A DNA stretch of 64,000 nucleotides from Neocallimastix sp. 'constans' (taxonomy: Eukaryota): NCBI GenBank assembly GCA_050613775.1, contig JBODTK010000100.1:1-64000 (forward strand). The letters are read 5' to 3'. The first letter of the stretch is position 1. The number at the start of each line of letters is the position of its first letter. This document shows, in pieces, positions 1 through 13,400 of the stretch. Below the pieces are notes generated by a model, which saw nothing but the letters and a program-made list of their open reading frames with translations, was not told the origin of the DNA and did no database searches. The translations under genes were made by a program, and so were the position numbers.

Positions 1-100
1 AAATAAAATAAAATAAAATAAAATAAAATAAAATAAAATAAAATAAAATAAAATAAAATAAAATAAAATAAAATAAAATAAAATAAAATAAAATAAAATA
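1..100. repeat. (AAATA)n microsatellite inside an intron of the NTF2/RRM gene
   Basis: Perfect pentamer run from the window start, followed by poly(A). Confidence 0.95.
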
Positions 101-435
101 AAAAAAAAAAAAAAAAAAAAAAAAGTATTTTATTTTTTATATAATAATTAAATATAAAGCAATTCTATTATATTATAAAATAATTTTAATAATTAAAATT
201 AATCACTAAAATAATAAAAATATTTTATTTTGTAATATAAATATATAATTTATATTTATTTATATATTTAATAAAAATGAATTAAAATAATGGTTTAATA
301 TATATAAATTTTGAAATAATATATTAATAAATTAATTTGAATTAATTTATTGAAACTTTATTGATTGAAATAATAATTTATAATATAAATTACGTAATAA
401 TAATACATAATATATAATATATAATAAATAAACAG

Positions 436-1454
436 GAAATAAGAAAAAGAATTGAAAACATTGATTATAATGAATGTAGAGTCGTTGTATCAAATGTTGA
501 TAGTCAACCTTCCAATAATGGTGGTATTATTGTTCAAGTACTCGGAGAAATGTTAAATAGAGATGATCAAGCTATTAAATTTACACAAACCTTTTTCCTT
601 GCTGTTCAACAAAACGGTTATTATGTTTTAAATGATATATTTAGAAACTTAAAGGATGAAGTAAATGAAGAATGCGAAGAATTAATACAACAAGCTGAAG
701 AAGAAAAAGAAGAACAAGAACAACAACAAGAAGAAGAAGAAGAAGAAGTTAAAGAAGAACCAAAGGTTGAAGCACCAGCTAAACCAGAAAAGCAAGAAGT
801 TAAAGAAGCTAAACAAGAAAAAACTAAAGAAGCTAAAACATCTCCAGCTAAGGAAAAGAAATCTACTAATGAAACAGATGCTAATAAATCTCAAAATACT
901 AACAAATCGCAAACCACTAATAAATCACAAGCCACTAATAAACCTCAATCTGGTAAGACCCAAGGTACTAAATCTCAAGCTACCCCAGCTCAAAAATCTG
1001 CTCCAGCTAAAGAAGCTGCTCCAGCTACAAAGGAAGCTCCAGCTGAAGCTTCAAAACCAACTGCTGCTAAAGTTGCTGCTAATGCTACTACTACTGCTGA
1101 AAAGCCAGCTGCCACCACTTCAGATTCTACTACTGCTACCACTACTAATGCTGCTGCCTCAGCTCCAGCTCGCCCAATAACATATTCTTCAGTTGTTTCT
1201 ACTTCAAATAGTACTGCTAAAACATGGAATAAAGTTGCTCAAGGTGATAGTAACAAGGCTAGTGTAGTCATTAGACAAACAGTTTCTACTGCACCACCAA
1301 AACATCAAGATAACCGAAACAACAACAACAATAATAATCAAGATAAAGATTCCTATACTGTTTTCATTAAATTACCATTTAATATTAGTAAAGATGAAAT
1401 TAGTAATGCCTTAAGTAAATTTGGAGATATTAAGAATATTGAAATTAATGGACA

Positions 1455-1509
<55 letters not shown>

Positions 1510-1875
1510 ATAGTTTAAAATAAAAAAAAGTTATATATAAATATATGTATTTATTTATATTAATATTTATTAATTTTAATTATTTAATCATTTTAATAGA
1601 ATTATGCCTTTGTGGAATTTGCTACTGTTGAACAAGCTCGTAAGGCCGTCCAAGGAGGTGAATTTACAATTAGAGGCGCAAAGATTAATATTGAAGAAAG
1701 AAAGAGAAATAATAAAAATCATGGTAATGGTCGTATGAACTCATCCTACAACCGTGGTGGTAGATCAGATTATAATAGAAACTTTTCTGGTGGTAGTAGA
1801 GGTAGTAATGATTCAAATAATATGGGTAATAGAAGAGGAGGTAGTAATAATGGCAAACGTCTTTACAAAAATTAA
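436..1875 (+). CDS. G3BP/Bre5/Nxt3-like NTF2-domain + RRM + RGG protein, last two exons (436-1458, 1600-1875); 5' exons lie upstream of the window
   Basis: After the CAG acceptor the frame reads EIRKRIENIDYNECRVVVSNVDSQPSNNGGIIVQVLGEM...KFTQTFFLAVQQNGYYVLNDIFR (NTF2 C-half). An acidic/Ala-Thr-Pro linker follows, then an RRM (TVFIKLP...FGDIKNIEI|NYAFVEF, RNP1 joined across a phase-0 GT-AG intron 1459-1599) and an RGG tail. Confidence 0.9.
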
Positions 1876-2132
1876 ATAATATAAATAAAATTTTTTTTTT
1901 TTTTTTTTTTTTAATTTTTTCATTTTCATATTTCTTTCCTTTTAACAATTGTTTCGTTTCAATCATATATATCTTTTTTTTTTTTTCTCTCTTTAATTTC
2001 TATTTCTATTTTTATTTTTTAAATAAAAAGAAAAAGTTTTATATATATAAAAAAAAAAAAAAGGTAAAGAAACAAAAAAGTAAAGAAGGAAAAAGATAAA
2101 GAAGGAAAAATAAAATATTAAATAATAACTTG

Positions 2133-2163
<31 letters not shown>

Positions 2164-2967
2164 AAAATAAGAAAATAGAAGTTATAATTGAATCTTTTTT
2201 TTTAATTTTTTAAATAATAATAAAAAAAAATATAAATAAAAAAAAAATTATAAAAAAAAAAAAATATAGACAACTTATATATGTACATATATTACTGTTT
2301 AAATACAATTTAAACAATTTAGATATAGTAATGTTCATAATTTTAACTGCTTTATTTATTATTTATATATATATATAATTTCAATTTTGAAATTTGGTTT
2401 AATATGTTGATTTTTTTTTTTTTTTTTTTTTTTTTCTTCAAATATTTTAATAAATTATTTTATTTGTTCTTGTTTGTTTTTTTAATAAATCTTTGATCAA
2501 AATTTAAATTTTATTTATTTATATTTGAAGTATATAAATTATATAAATTATTCATATATTATATTATAAAATAAATATAATAAATCAGTTATAAATAATT
2601 TTAATTATTATATTTTCATATATCTTTTAATATATATAGAAATTAATTGAAATCAATTGTAATAATAAATTAGTAATATATGAAATTTTATACACATATT
2701 AATTAAAACACTACATTTGTCATTTTAATTTTATTAAAAGAAATCCTTTTTTTTTTTTTTTTTTATTTTAAATAAAAAAATCGATTAGATTATATTATTT
2801 TTATTTTTATTTTTATTTAATAATAAATTTAAAACAAAAAGACCTAAAAAAAAAAAAAAAAAAAATTTAATAACAAAATAAAATATTATAAAAATAAATA
2901 TTAATTGATATGAAAAATTAATACACTAAATAATATAAATTTTTTTATAATAATCCTTCTTATTAAA

Positions 2968-3006
<39 letters not shown>

Positions 3007-3067
3007 TTACATCAAACGAATGGTATAATTTAATTTAAAGTCAAATTAACGAATACTTCAAAGAAAA

Positions 3068-3482
3068 AAAACAAAAAAAAAACATAGACTTGCACATATG
3101 GGTACCCATCTCCCATATGGCCATACAGTAATTAATTAACTGTAAGGTGATGAGTTATTGGCATACTGTATCAGCTTCGCCGCTCTCAATCGTCGTTACA
3201 CACTGCCCGGAGATGCATTCCTAACGTTCCTACATATATCTCTAATGACCACGAGCATCAGAACGGAACCATTAACTCCTCCCTAGTGGGTGTAATCATT
3301 GGCGATTGGAAATTTTACAATCATCAAGGTCTATGCTTCAATTCAAAGCGTAGTATCAGGGTTGGGTGAAATAATCATCTGAGGGAAAGCCTTATGGACA
3401 TCACGTGTGGTCTCATGATATCTCAGGATAGAAACCTCATCCGATTATTTGGTGCCATGCCGAGGATTCGAACCCCGCCCTC
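3068..3482 (-). mobile_element. tRNA-headed SINE-like / chimeric retroposed structured RNA with T-rich tail
   Basis: GC-rich island flanked by the direct repeat TCAAAGAAAA (3058-3067, 3483-3492). The minus strand starts with a tRNA T-arm, acceptor strand and CCA, and ends in oligo(T). Confidence 0.65.
3450..3477 (-). pseudogene. tRNA 3' fragment (T-arm, 3' acceptor strand, discriminator A, CCA); possibly tRNA-His-like
   Basis: Minus strand reads CGGGG-TTCGAAT-CCTCG-GCATGGC-A-CCA: 5-bp T stem, canonical T loop/B box and encoded CCA. No D arm or anticodon arm lies upstream. Confidence 0.75.
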
Positions 3483-3936
3483 TCAAAGAAAAGATAATTT
3501 AGTTATCCTTTTTAAGTTTATATGAATAATAAAATGTATTGCTTTCTTTACGATCAATGTTAACTTTATTCATTAAAAACTATAAATGTTAATTAAAAAA
3601 AAAAAAAAAAAGGCGATAAATTAAGAATTAATATTTTATTTAATATTAATAATTAAATTAATGATATATAATATTTATTAACTATACTTTATAATTTCTA
3701 GATTTATTAAAACTTTTAAGATTTATATTGAAAATTAATACATAAATATATGTATATAGAATTATATAAATATAGAATAGAGGATAGAAAGTGTGAATTC
3801 CTTCCAATACATTTATATTATTTAACCCTTCTCACTAACAAAAAATTAACTACTATTATTTAAGGCAGAATTTTGGTCAATTGGATCATTCATATTATTC
3901 ATTCTGCATGTGGAAAATAAAATAATATTCTATTCA

Positions 3937-3967
<31 letters not shown>

Positions 3968-5522
3968 ACTATTATCATTATCATCATTATTGTTTTTATT
4001 ATTATTATTTTTATTATTATTATTATTGCTTTATGTTTTTTTTTTTTTTTTTTTTTTTCATTGAAATAGAAAATTGACTAAATCCTATTATAATATATAA
4101 AATAAATATTGTTTATGAATATAATTATGTAAATATATCATAATTATTTTAACTATATGTAAAATACCATGTGATTACATATAATCTACTAACCACTAAT
4201 AATAAAAATCTTCCATTTAATTGTTAATATCATATATATATATATATTTTCTTTATTTCACATTAATTATCTCTTTCATATAATATTTATGAAGTGTATT
4301 CTTTTAAATTTTTATTTATTAAATATATAATTCTAATATATATAATATATTATATAATAAATAATATTTTATTTTCAATTTATTTATTATTTAAAATAGT
4401 AAAAAAAAAAAAAAAAAAGTTTATATATATGTTAAACATTTTTTTTTTTTACATGTATTTCACACTTTCTGTTATTATAATATAAAATATTTAAATATTA
4501 TTTTATCACAAAGTAAATGAGGTAATATATAAAATTTATTATAATTGTATTTTATATTAGAGAGACGATTTATCATTGTCTCAAAATAAATCAATATATT
4601 TCATATATGAAATTTCAAATTTTAAGGTTTATGGAATAATTAAGAATAAAAAAACTTTATATATATTTCTATTTTTTTTTTCTACTCATGAAAACTATAA
4701 TAATACAAATAAATTAATAATAAATAATAAATAATAGATAATAGATAATAAATAATAAATAATAAATAATAAATAATAAATAATAAATAATGGATAATAA
4801 ATAATAAATAATGGATAATAAATAATAAATAATAAATAATAAATAATAAATAATAAATAATAAATAATAAATAATAAATAATTAATAATTATAAATAAAT
4901 AAATAAATAAATAAATAATTGAATAATAATAAATAAAATAATAAATAATAAATAATAAATAATATAAAATTGAATAAATAAATATTAAATAAATAAATAA
5001 ATTTTTTTATATATTCATATTATTATTTTATTATTTTAATGATAATTAAATTATTAAATAAATAATAGAAATGTTTATAATGTAATATATTTTATAAATA
5101 TATAAATTTAATAAATCAAATTTTATAATATATATATATATAAAAAATAAAATAAAATAAAACAAATATTTAATTTACATATCTTAAAAAGACACTTCAC
5201 ATTTTATTTTTTTATCATTCTCTAAAAAATAAGAATAATTCAAATATTTGAAATATTAAAATTTTATACATTATAAAAAAAAGAGAAAGAAAAACAAAAG
5301 AAAGTATAAATAAGAAAATAAATAATACAAATAACAAAAAAAAGAAGAGAAAGAAAAAGAAAAAAAAAATACAAAAAAGAATAATAAAAAAAATAACAAA
5401 AACAAAAGAAAATAAATAATAAATTTTTAACCATTAGAATAGAATAGAATTTTTTATTTTTTAATTATTTTTTTTTTACCATTTCATTATTTTTATTTAT
5501 TTTTAATCATAAAAATTAAAAA

Positions 5523-7472
5523 ATGAAAACAATAATTTCTTCAGTACTTTTAATTCTTATATTTAACATCATGTAAATATAATCTAAACGAAAAAAAAAA
5601 AAAAAAAAAAAAATCCTAATATTATTTATCTATAATTTATTATAAATTTGATTTATTGAATCTTTTTTCTTAAAATATATATATATCATAATAATGATAA
5701 TTATTAAATATATAGAAAATAAAATATTTATATATACTTTAATATCAATACATATATATTTTATCAAAAATGAGAATAATTAGAATATATTAAAATACTC
5801 TTTAAAATGACAATAAATATTCTAATCAAATATTCACATCTTATTTTATATATATATATTTATATATCTTTTATGTAAAAATATTCATATATATATATTT
5901 ATATATATATATATTATTATTTATTATAGTTCATGTTATTCAGCTTCTATTATTGGTAGAATTTATCCAAATCAATTATTAACAGGTTATTATTATTACT
6001 ATTTTATTCATGGATTAATAATTATACATTAATAGGATAAAATATTTATAATGTATTTAATATAAAAAAAATAAGAAAAAAAAAAATAAAAGATAAATTT
6101 AATATAAACAAATCACAAACTATAAAATAATATATATATATTTATGCAATATTATATATATTAATATTATTATTATTATTTTAAATCATTATATATAAAT
6201 TATAAATTTTTTTACATCTCATCTAATGTATTATCATCAAATAATTAATTAAATAAAAAAAAATAGATGTTAATGAATTAACTTCTGATACCGAAGTCAT
6301 TTTAAATAGTGGAGAATATATTACCTACATAAAGGCTGACCATACTTTTGAAGTGTAAATAAAATAAAATAATAAAAAATAAAAGATTCCTTTTTTTTTT
6401 ATGAATAATAATAATAATAATAATAGAACAATAATAAAGCAATAAGATCAATATGATGATATTAATTTATTTATTGTATATAATAATAATTTTATATTGT
6501 AATTTTATTTTTGAATAAAAATATAAATAAATAAATAAATAAATAAAAAACTTAATACATGGATAATACAATTTCATTAATCATTCATTTGAACCAAAAT
6601 AAAAAATATTATATATTATATAAATGAAATGAAAATATAGTAAGAATGTCAAACCAGGAACTTATCTTCTTCAAATCAATACCAAGAATTTTGTTTTTGA
6701 TAGAGTAAATATATATAATTATAAAAAATATATTACAAATAAATAAATAAATAAATAAATATATATATATATAAAATATATTCAAATATAATTTCAAACT
6801 TTTTTTTGTATTTTATTTGTTTAAAGCAAAATTATATTTTTTAAAAATATAAACTATAAAATTATTTTATTAATAATAAATATATATAAATAATAGTACT
6901 GGATTATTGTTAGCGATGCCAACAGTATTGTAGCTGCTAAGGAAGCTTCTGAAATTGAATTTAACATTGGTTTTATTAAAGAAAACCGTTGCAACTATCC
7001 ATTAGAAGTTCAAGCTATTCAAAGAAAGGATTATTTTGAAGTAAATATTATAAATAATAATAATTACTTTTTTTTCTTATCATTATTATATTGTTGATGA
7101 TATTATCCTTTTTCATATTATATATATAATAATTATATCATGGATTTTATATTAAAATAATATAAATTATTTCTTATATATAATAAATCATTTTATATAT
7201 CATAATTAAAATAGCCAAGATCTTACTTAAACATTCTTTCCTTCTTAAAGAACCCAATTGTTTTACTTATGGTATTCTCTTGTGGTATGATGTTCCTTAT
7301 GCCACGTTTAGTTAGTGGTTTAGATGAAGAAGAATTAAAGGAAATGAAAAAGAGTCAAGGATCCATGCAAGACTTTATGAACAAGGCTCAAAATGGTGAT
7401 TTATCTCAAATGTTCTCTAGTTTCTTAGCTGATGCCCAAATGGCTAGTCAAACAAAATCAAAGAGAAAATAA
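5523..7472 (+). CDS. EMC7: ER membrane protein complex subunit 7; exons 5523-5572, 5930-5985, 6267-6354, 6641-6704, 6897-7040, 7215-7472
   Basis: Phase-consistent GT-AG splicing gives a signal peptide (MKTIISSVLLILIFNIISCYS), a beta-sandwich (DHTFEVKNVKPGTYLLQI), YPLEVQAIQRKDYFEPR...LSFLKNP, a TM helix and MPRL...LDEEELKEM. These are typical of EMC7/DUF2012. Confidence 0.88.
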
Positions 7473-7852
7473 AAGAAAATAAAATAAATAAAAATAATTT
7501 TATAAATAAATAATAAAAGAAAGATATTTAATAAAAATAATAATAATAATAATAATTAAATAACGCAATTATTAAAAATAAAAAATTTAAAAAATTAAAT
7601 TTTATATAATTAAATAAAAAATAAAAAAATAAAGATAAAAAAAATAAAAAAATTATTTTAAAAATAAAAAAAATAGAAAAAAAAATTTTTTTAAATAAAT
7701 AAAATAAAAAGATGAGAGGGTTTAATAAATTATCATTTTCGATTAATAAATTTAATGTAATAACAATAATATATATATATATATATATTTACACTATTGT
7801 TGTACTTTTTTTTTTTATTTTATTTTATTCTTTTTTGTTCTATTTTTTGTTC

Positions 7853-7911
<59 letters not shown>

Positions 7912-8195
7912 CATTTTTTTCTTTTTTCTGTTTGTTATTCTATATATATTTTAAATATATGAAAGTTTTTTTTTTTTTTTTTAATATTTCTTTTTTTGCA
8001 AATTTATTGACATATAGAAATTATTATATAAAAATTTTATAATTTTATATATTTATAAGAAAGATAAAATAAAATAAAAAAAAAATTCATCTTATTAACT
8101 ACTTTATATATATTATATATGTATTATTATTTATATTTATATTTTTATATTTTTATTTATTTATTTATTTATTTTTTATTTTGAAAGAAAAAAAA

Positions 8196-8251
<56 letters not shown>

Positions 8252-8334
8252 CCAATTTTTATTTTTTTATTTATTTATTTATTTATTTTTTTTTTTTATT
8301 TTTTATTTTTTTTTTTTTTTTTTTTTTTTTTGTT

Positions 8335-8367
<33 letters not shown>

Positions 8368-8373
8368 GTGATG

Positions 8374-9364
8374 TTATTCTAATAGGAATAAATATTCTTC
8401 TAATACTTTGTATGAAATATTCCAGTTAAAGAGATACATTAATCCAAAGAATACAAAATAAATAAATTTATATTTTGACATCAATCCTACAAAGAACCAG
8501 ATAGGGAAAAGAATAAGACGGACAAACATGACATGAAGAAGTTTCACAATCGTAAACTTTAAATTTAATTCATAGACAACTCCTTCCTTCAATCCATTCC
8601 AGAAACCATCTACAAGAAGTAAAAGAGTGCCGGTTCCCACACATCGTACATCTTCATTATTACGATAGAAAATAGCAATAGCTATACCTATTATTTTACC
8701 TACAAAAGTAATATTTTCATAGAGTCCACTGCGATATCTATTCACATAGACTCTTTCCACTAAAATATATACAAGATAAGCAGAATAAAGAATGGTAAAT
8801 GGGAGAGGATTCATATCATAATTTTTGGTTAAATTGGCTACAAATGCAAAAAGAAGGGAAATACTAAGAATTAATTTAACCCAACCGAAGATCTTCTTCC
8901 TCTCTTGATATTTTACTAAATCAGAAACCTTTTGATAGACATAGTAAGAACAAGACTGTTTACGTGTATAGACTTTCTCTTGATATTGACTATATTTATC
9001 CATTAAATTGGTGTATTTATCGATAAAAGCATCATAAGCATCCCGATGCTTTCCAATTAATTCTTCTTCATTTATACCATATCTTTTCATCCATTCATCC
9101 TTTTGTTCTTGTGTTAAATTTCTATAGTCTTGATCAACAACATCATCTCTCTCGTCCTCTTCCAATGAATTAGTAACATTTGGTTGTTTTGATTTTAATT
9201 TATTTGGATATTCTTCATGATTACTATTATCATTTTCACTACTATTACGATTTACTACAGGACTTTTCATTTGTTTTTCTAATTTATTTAATATTTTCAT
9301 TTATCCATATTTTTGATTTTTTCGAATGATTTATTGTTATTATTACACATACATTATTTTATAT

Positions 9365-9416
<52 letters not shown>

Positions 9417-9531
9417 CAATATAATATATATTTATAATTTAAAATTAATAAATATAATAATTCAAAATAAAATAATATATATAAATTATTATGTTAAAAA
9501 AAAATAATAATAAAATAAAATAATTAAGTAA

Positions 9532-9630
<99 letters not shown>

Positions 9631-10258
9631 AATAAATAAATAAATATATATATATTCTCACCTATATCTCCTTCTTTCAAAATATCTTTACGTTTATTAA
9701 CTTTAGTATTACTATTTGAAGTGATGACTCCATAATAATTGTCAACATTAATTTGATTATTTTTCTCTTCCTCATTATACTTTTCTTCACTTTCCATTCG
9801 AATGGAATCTAAAAACATTTGAAGATCATCGATGACAATGTGTCTTTTACTAATACTTTGTTCTCTAAGAATGAGAGCATCACTTCTTTCATCAATATTA
9901 TTATAAACAATAGCATCTGCCGAAGTTAATGCATAATCTTCAACTCTAAAGTAATCAGGATTAATTTTTCTATCAATTTCAGGGATATTCCAATGACCAT
10001 GATAAATCCATGGTATCTTCCAAAAATGTCTTTCAAATAATGTATTACATACGTAAACAGATCCTGGTCCAATAGTAATAATAAGGGATGGGAATAGTTG
10101 TGGATTGGCCTTCCAGTGATTCCAAATATCATCCGCAAAGGAATCTACGATGATTATGAATTAGTATTGAAAAAGTAATTAAAAAAAAAAAAAAATTAAA
10201 AAAAAAAATTTTTTTTTTTTAAGAATAAATAAATATGAGGCAAATAAATATAAAACAG

Positions 10259-10292
<34 letters not shown>

Positions 10293-10916
10293 ATAATTAA
10301 ACAATAATACATTGATAATTAAAATTAATATTAAATTAATATAAAATAATAAAATTAAATAAAATAAAAAATAATAATTTTAAATTATTGACATTTCAAA
10401 ATAAGATATAATATAATACATAGTAATATTGTTGATAATAAAATATATAAAAATTTCGATTGTTTTTATTATTATTTTTATATTATGTATAAAATACATT
10501 ATCCAAAATAATTTTTAAGTTAATAATATATTTATAATATATATTAATAATATTTTTATTATGATAATTAAATATTATTTACCTAATGTTGTTTCTGACC
10601 AATATAAATGGTCAGTAACTTGAACTGGAAATGGGGCAATATATTGATAAGGTAAATTAAATTTTGCTTCATTATCTGGATAAATATCGACAATCACATT
10701 ATCCATTTGTTCAAATGCTTTTATATAGGCTTGAACTTGTGGTGAAGCTCTTTGAGTTTCATCAGGATCACCATTACCATTAACATGGAATAAAGCAATT
10801 CTTTTTATACCTTTTTTATTGTTATTATTATTATTATTATTATATCAATAATTGAAATTTAAATAAATATAATAAATATAGAAATATATATATTTAATAT
10901 TACTAATAAAATAATG

Positions 10917-10953
<37 letters not shown>

Positions 10954-10991
10954 AAATTTCATAAAAATTAATTGATGGTCCATTTAAAAAT

Positions 10992-11023
<32 letters not shown>

Positions 11024-11216
11024 TTTTTATTTTTTTTTTTTATTAAAAAAAATAATAATAAAATATAAAATATAAAAAAAATATAAAATTAAAATAAAAA
11101 CCTTTTGAACTAGTTCTTTCATTTTGTTTATTTTCTGTTGCTTTTTCCTCAATTTTAGTGTTATCTTCTTTATTAAATTTTGGTCTTAAATAAGCTTTAT
11201 TTTCTTCTTCGGACAT
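8374..11216 (-). CDS. Fusion protein: N-terminal GT4-like (GT-B N-lobe) domain + acidic linker + multi-pass TLC-like membrane domain; exons 11216-11102, 10810-10583, 10144-9662, 9278-8374
   Basis: Three phase-1 GT-AG introns join four open exons into one frame. N-part motifs: KRIALFHVNGNGDP, KIPWIYHGH, RVEDYALTSADAIVYNNIDER. The C-part has about 6 hydrophobic segments ending FVRLILFPIWF...LMYLFNWNISYKVL. Gene structure is well supported; domain calls are by recognition only. Confidence 0.7.
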
Positions 11217-12406
11217 GCTTGTTTTCCCTTCTCTTATTATTTTATTATTGAATAAAAAAAAAAAAAAAAATAAAGAATGAAAGAAAGAAAGAAAAAAATA
11301 AAATAAAAAATTATATATAAATTTGATATTTAATTTGTTTATATATATATTATAAATATTTATTCATAAATATATATTTATATTTTTTTTTTTTAATTTA
11401 TTATTTATTATATTTATTTCTTTTTTTCCTCTAAAGCTTTATTATTATTACTTTATGTTTATTATATTATTCAATAATATAAATAAGAAAAAAAGATTTA
11501 ATAGCAAAATATTAATAAATAAATTTTTATTTTAATATTTAAATTTTATTTTTATTTTTATATTAAATAAAATATATATTTATATAATATATATTATTAT
11601 AATTTATTATTTATTATTAAACCAAATTTTAATATATTATTATTATTATTATTATTATTATTATCTTTTTTTTATATATATAATAAATATATAATTTTAT
11701 AATAAATAAATAAATATATATATAAATATTATTTAAATAAATCAATTAATATTATATATAAATGAATATATATCTTAATATATAAATAAATTTTATAAAT
11801 AATAATTAAAAAATTTAAAAAAAAAAAAATAATAATAATATAAGCCAATCATTTTCTCTTTTTTTTTGAAAAAAGATAATTTATTTTTTTTTTTTAAAAA
11901 AAAAAAAAATAATAACCAAATAAAAATATTGTACTTTTATTGAAATTCGAATTTCTTAAATTAGTTAAATAATATTTATTATTTTTTTTTTTATTACACA
12001 TAAACACCTTTTATTTTAATTAAATTAATAAATAATATATAAAATGGTAAATATTTTAAAAAAAATATATATATAATAAATAATTTATATTAAACAAATA
12101 AAAAATCAAATACTAAATAATAATATCAATGAAATTTCAATTCAAAATTTTAAATCCTAAAATCAAATTTCTAATTCATTTTCTTTTCTTTATATAAATA
12201 TATAATATATAACCATATATATGTATAATATTGTTATTTAATCTTTTTATCCCGATCGAATTTCTTAAATTTAAAAAACAAAAAAATAATAAAACAAAAA
12301 AACAATAAAACAAAAAAACAAAAAAACAAAAAAAACAAAAAAAACAAAAAAAAACAAAATATATATATATATAATAATAATAATTTAATAATAATAACTA
12401 ATAACA

Positions 12407-13365
12407 ATGGCACACACAACACATAAAAAAAAAAAAAAAGCCAAAAAAATTAACGGTAAAGTCTGTAAAAGGTTATGAAAATGCACATCCCTACTCAAGA
12501 AAAGCACATCAAGTTCAACGTGCCATGTTAAGAGAAGAAAAATATTCTAAAACTAAAAATGCTAAAATGGCCGAAAACAATTTAGAAAGTAAATACTATC
12601 AAAAATTTATTCAATAGCCCTATTTAATTATAAAAAAAAAATAAATAAATAAAAAAAATATATATTTATATATATTTATGTATATATTTATATATATATT
12701 TATATAAAAATTCATAAATATACCTATACATATATATTACCCTGAAATTTCTTTTTTTTAAAAAAAAAAAAAAAAAGAAAAAAAAAAAAAATTTTTATTA
12801 ATATGTAATATATATATAAATTATATATAAAATAAATAATATATTATAATATTTATAAATAATAACCATAGTTGAAAAATATCAATGGTTTAAGAAAGCT
12901 ATTCCAGAAGAAAGAACCGTTTTAACTTTAGAAGAATTAACTAATACTATTCAAAGGTATTAAAATATTAATAAATATATATATATATATATTTATTTTT
13001 TTTTTTACCATATATCTAATAATATTAATAGAAAAAATAAAATTGATTTTTTTTTTTATATTATTTATATTTATATTGGTACTCTAATTAAAATAATAAA
13101 AATAATAATAATAAATATTTAATAAAAATAAAAACATAAATAATAAAAAAAAAAAAAAAAAAAAAAAAGATATATAAATCGTAATGACGAAGAAATTGAA
13201 AGTATTACTTCAAATTTAAGAAAAGGAAGATTAGCACCACCAAGATTAACTTTATTAAAAGCGTAAATATTATATTAACAAAAGAATAAAATAAAATAAA
13301 ATGTTAATAATAAGATACAATATCTATAATATTAAAATGATAAATTATAGATATATATAAAATTA

Positions 13366-13400
<35 letters not shown>

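Noticed and set aside
3355..3370. CCCAACCCTGA (minus strand) as a telomerase RNA template
   Set aside because: Only AACCCT matches a TTAGGG template; the flanking bases break the 1.5-repeat pattern.
3083..3449. Hammerhead ribozyme or group I intron core
   Set aside because: No CTGANGA...GAAA core with suitable stems, and no P7 partner for the AACGACGA segment, found by eye.
3450..3530. Complete tRNA gene
   Set aside because: No 5' acceptor strand, D arm or anticodon arm is present.
7712..8429. Phe-rich ORFs (and similar short ORFs throughout the intergenic DNA)
   Set aside because: They arise from poly(T)/poly(A) and microsatellite tracts.
11841..11850. CCAAT box (AGCCAATC) in the divergent GT-TLC/TMA16 promoter, and RRPE-like AAAATTTT motifs elsewhere
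   Set aside because: Short motifs are not distinguishable from chance in this base composition.
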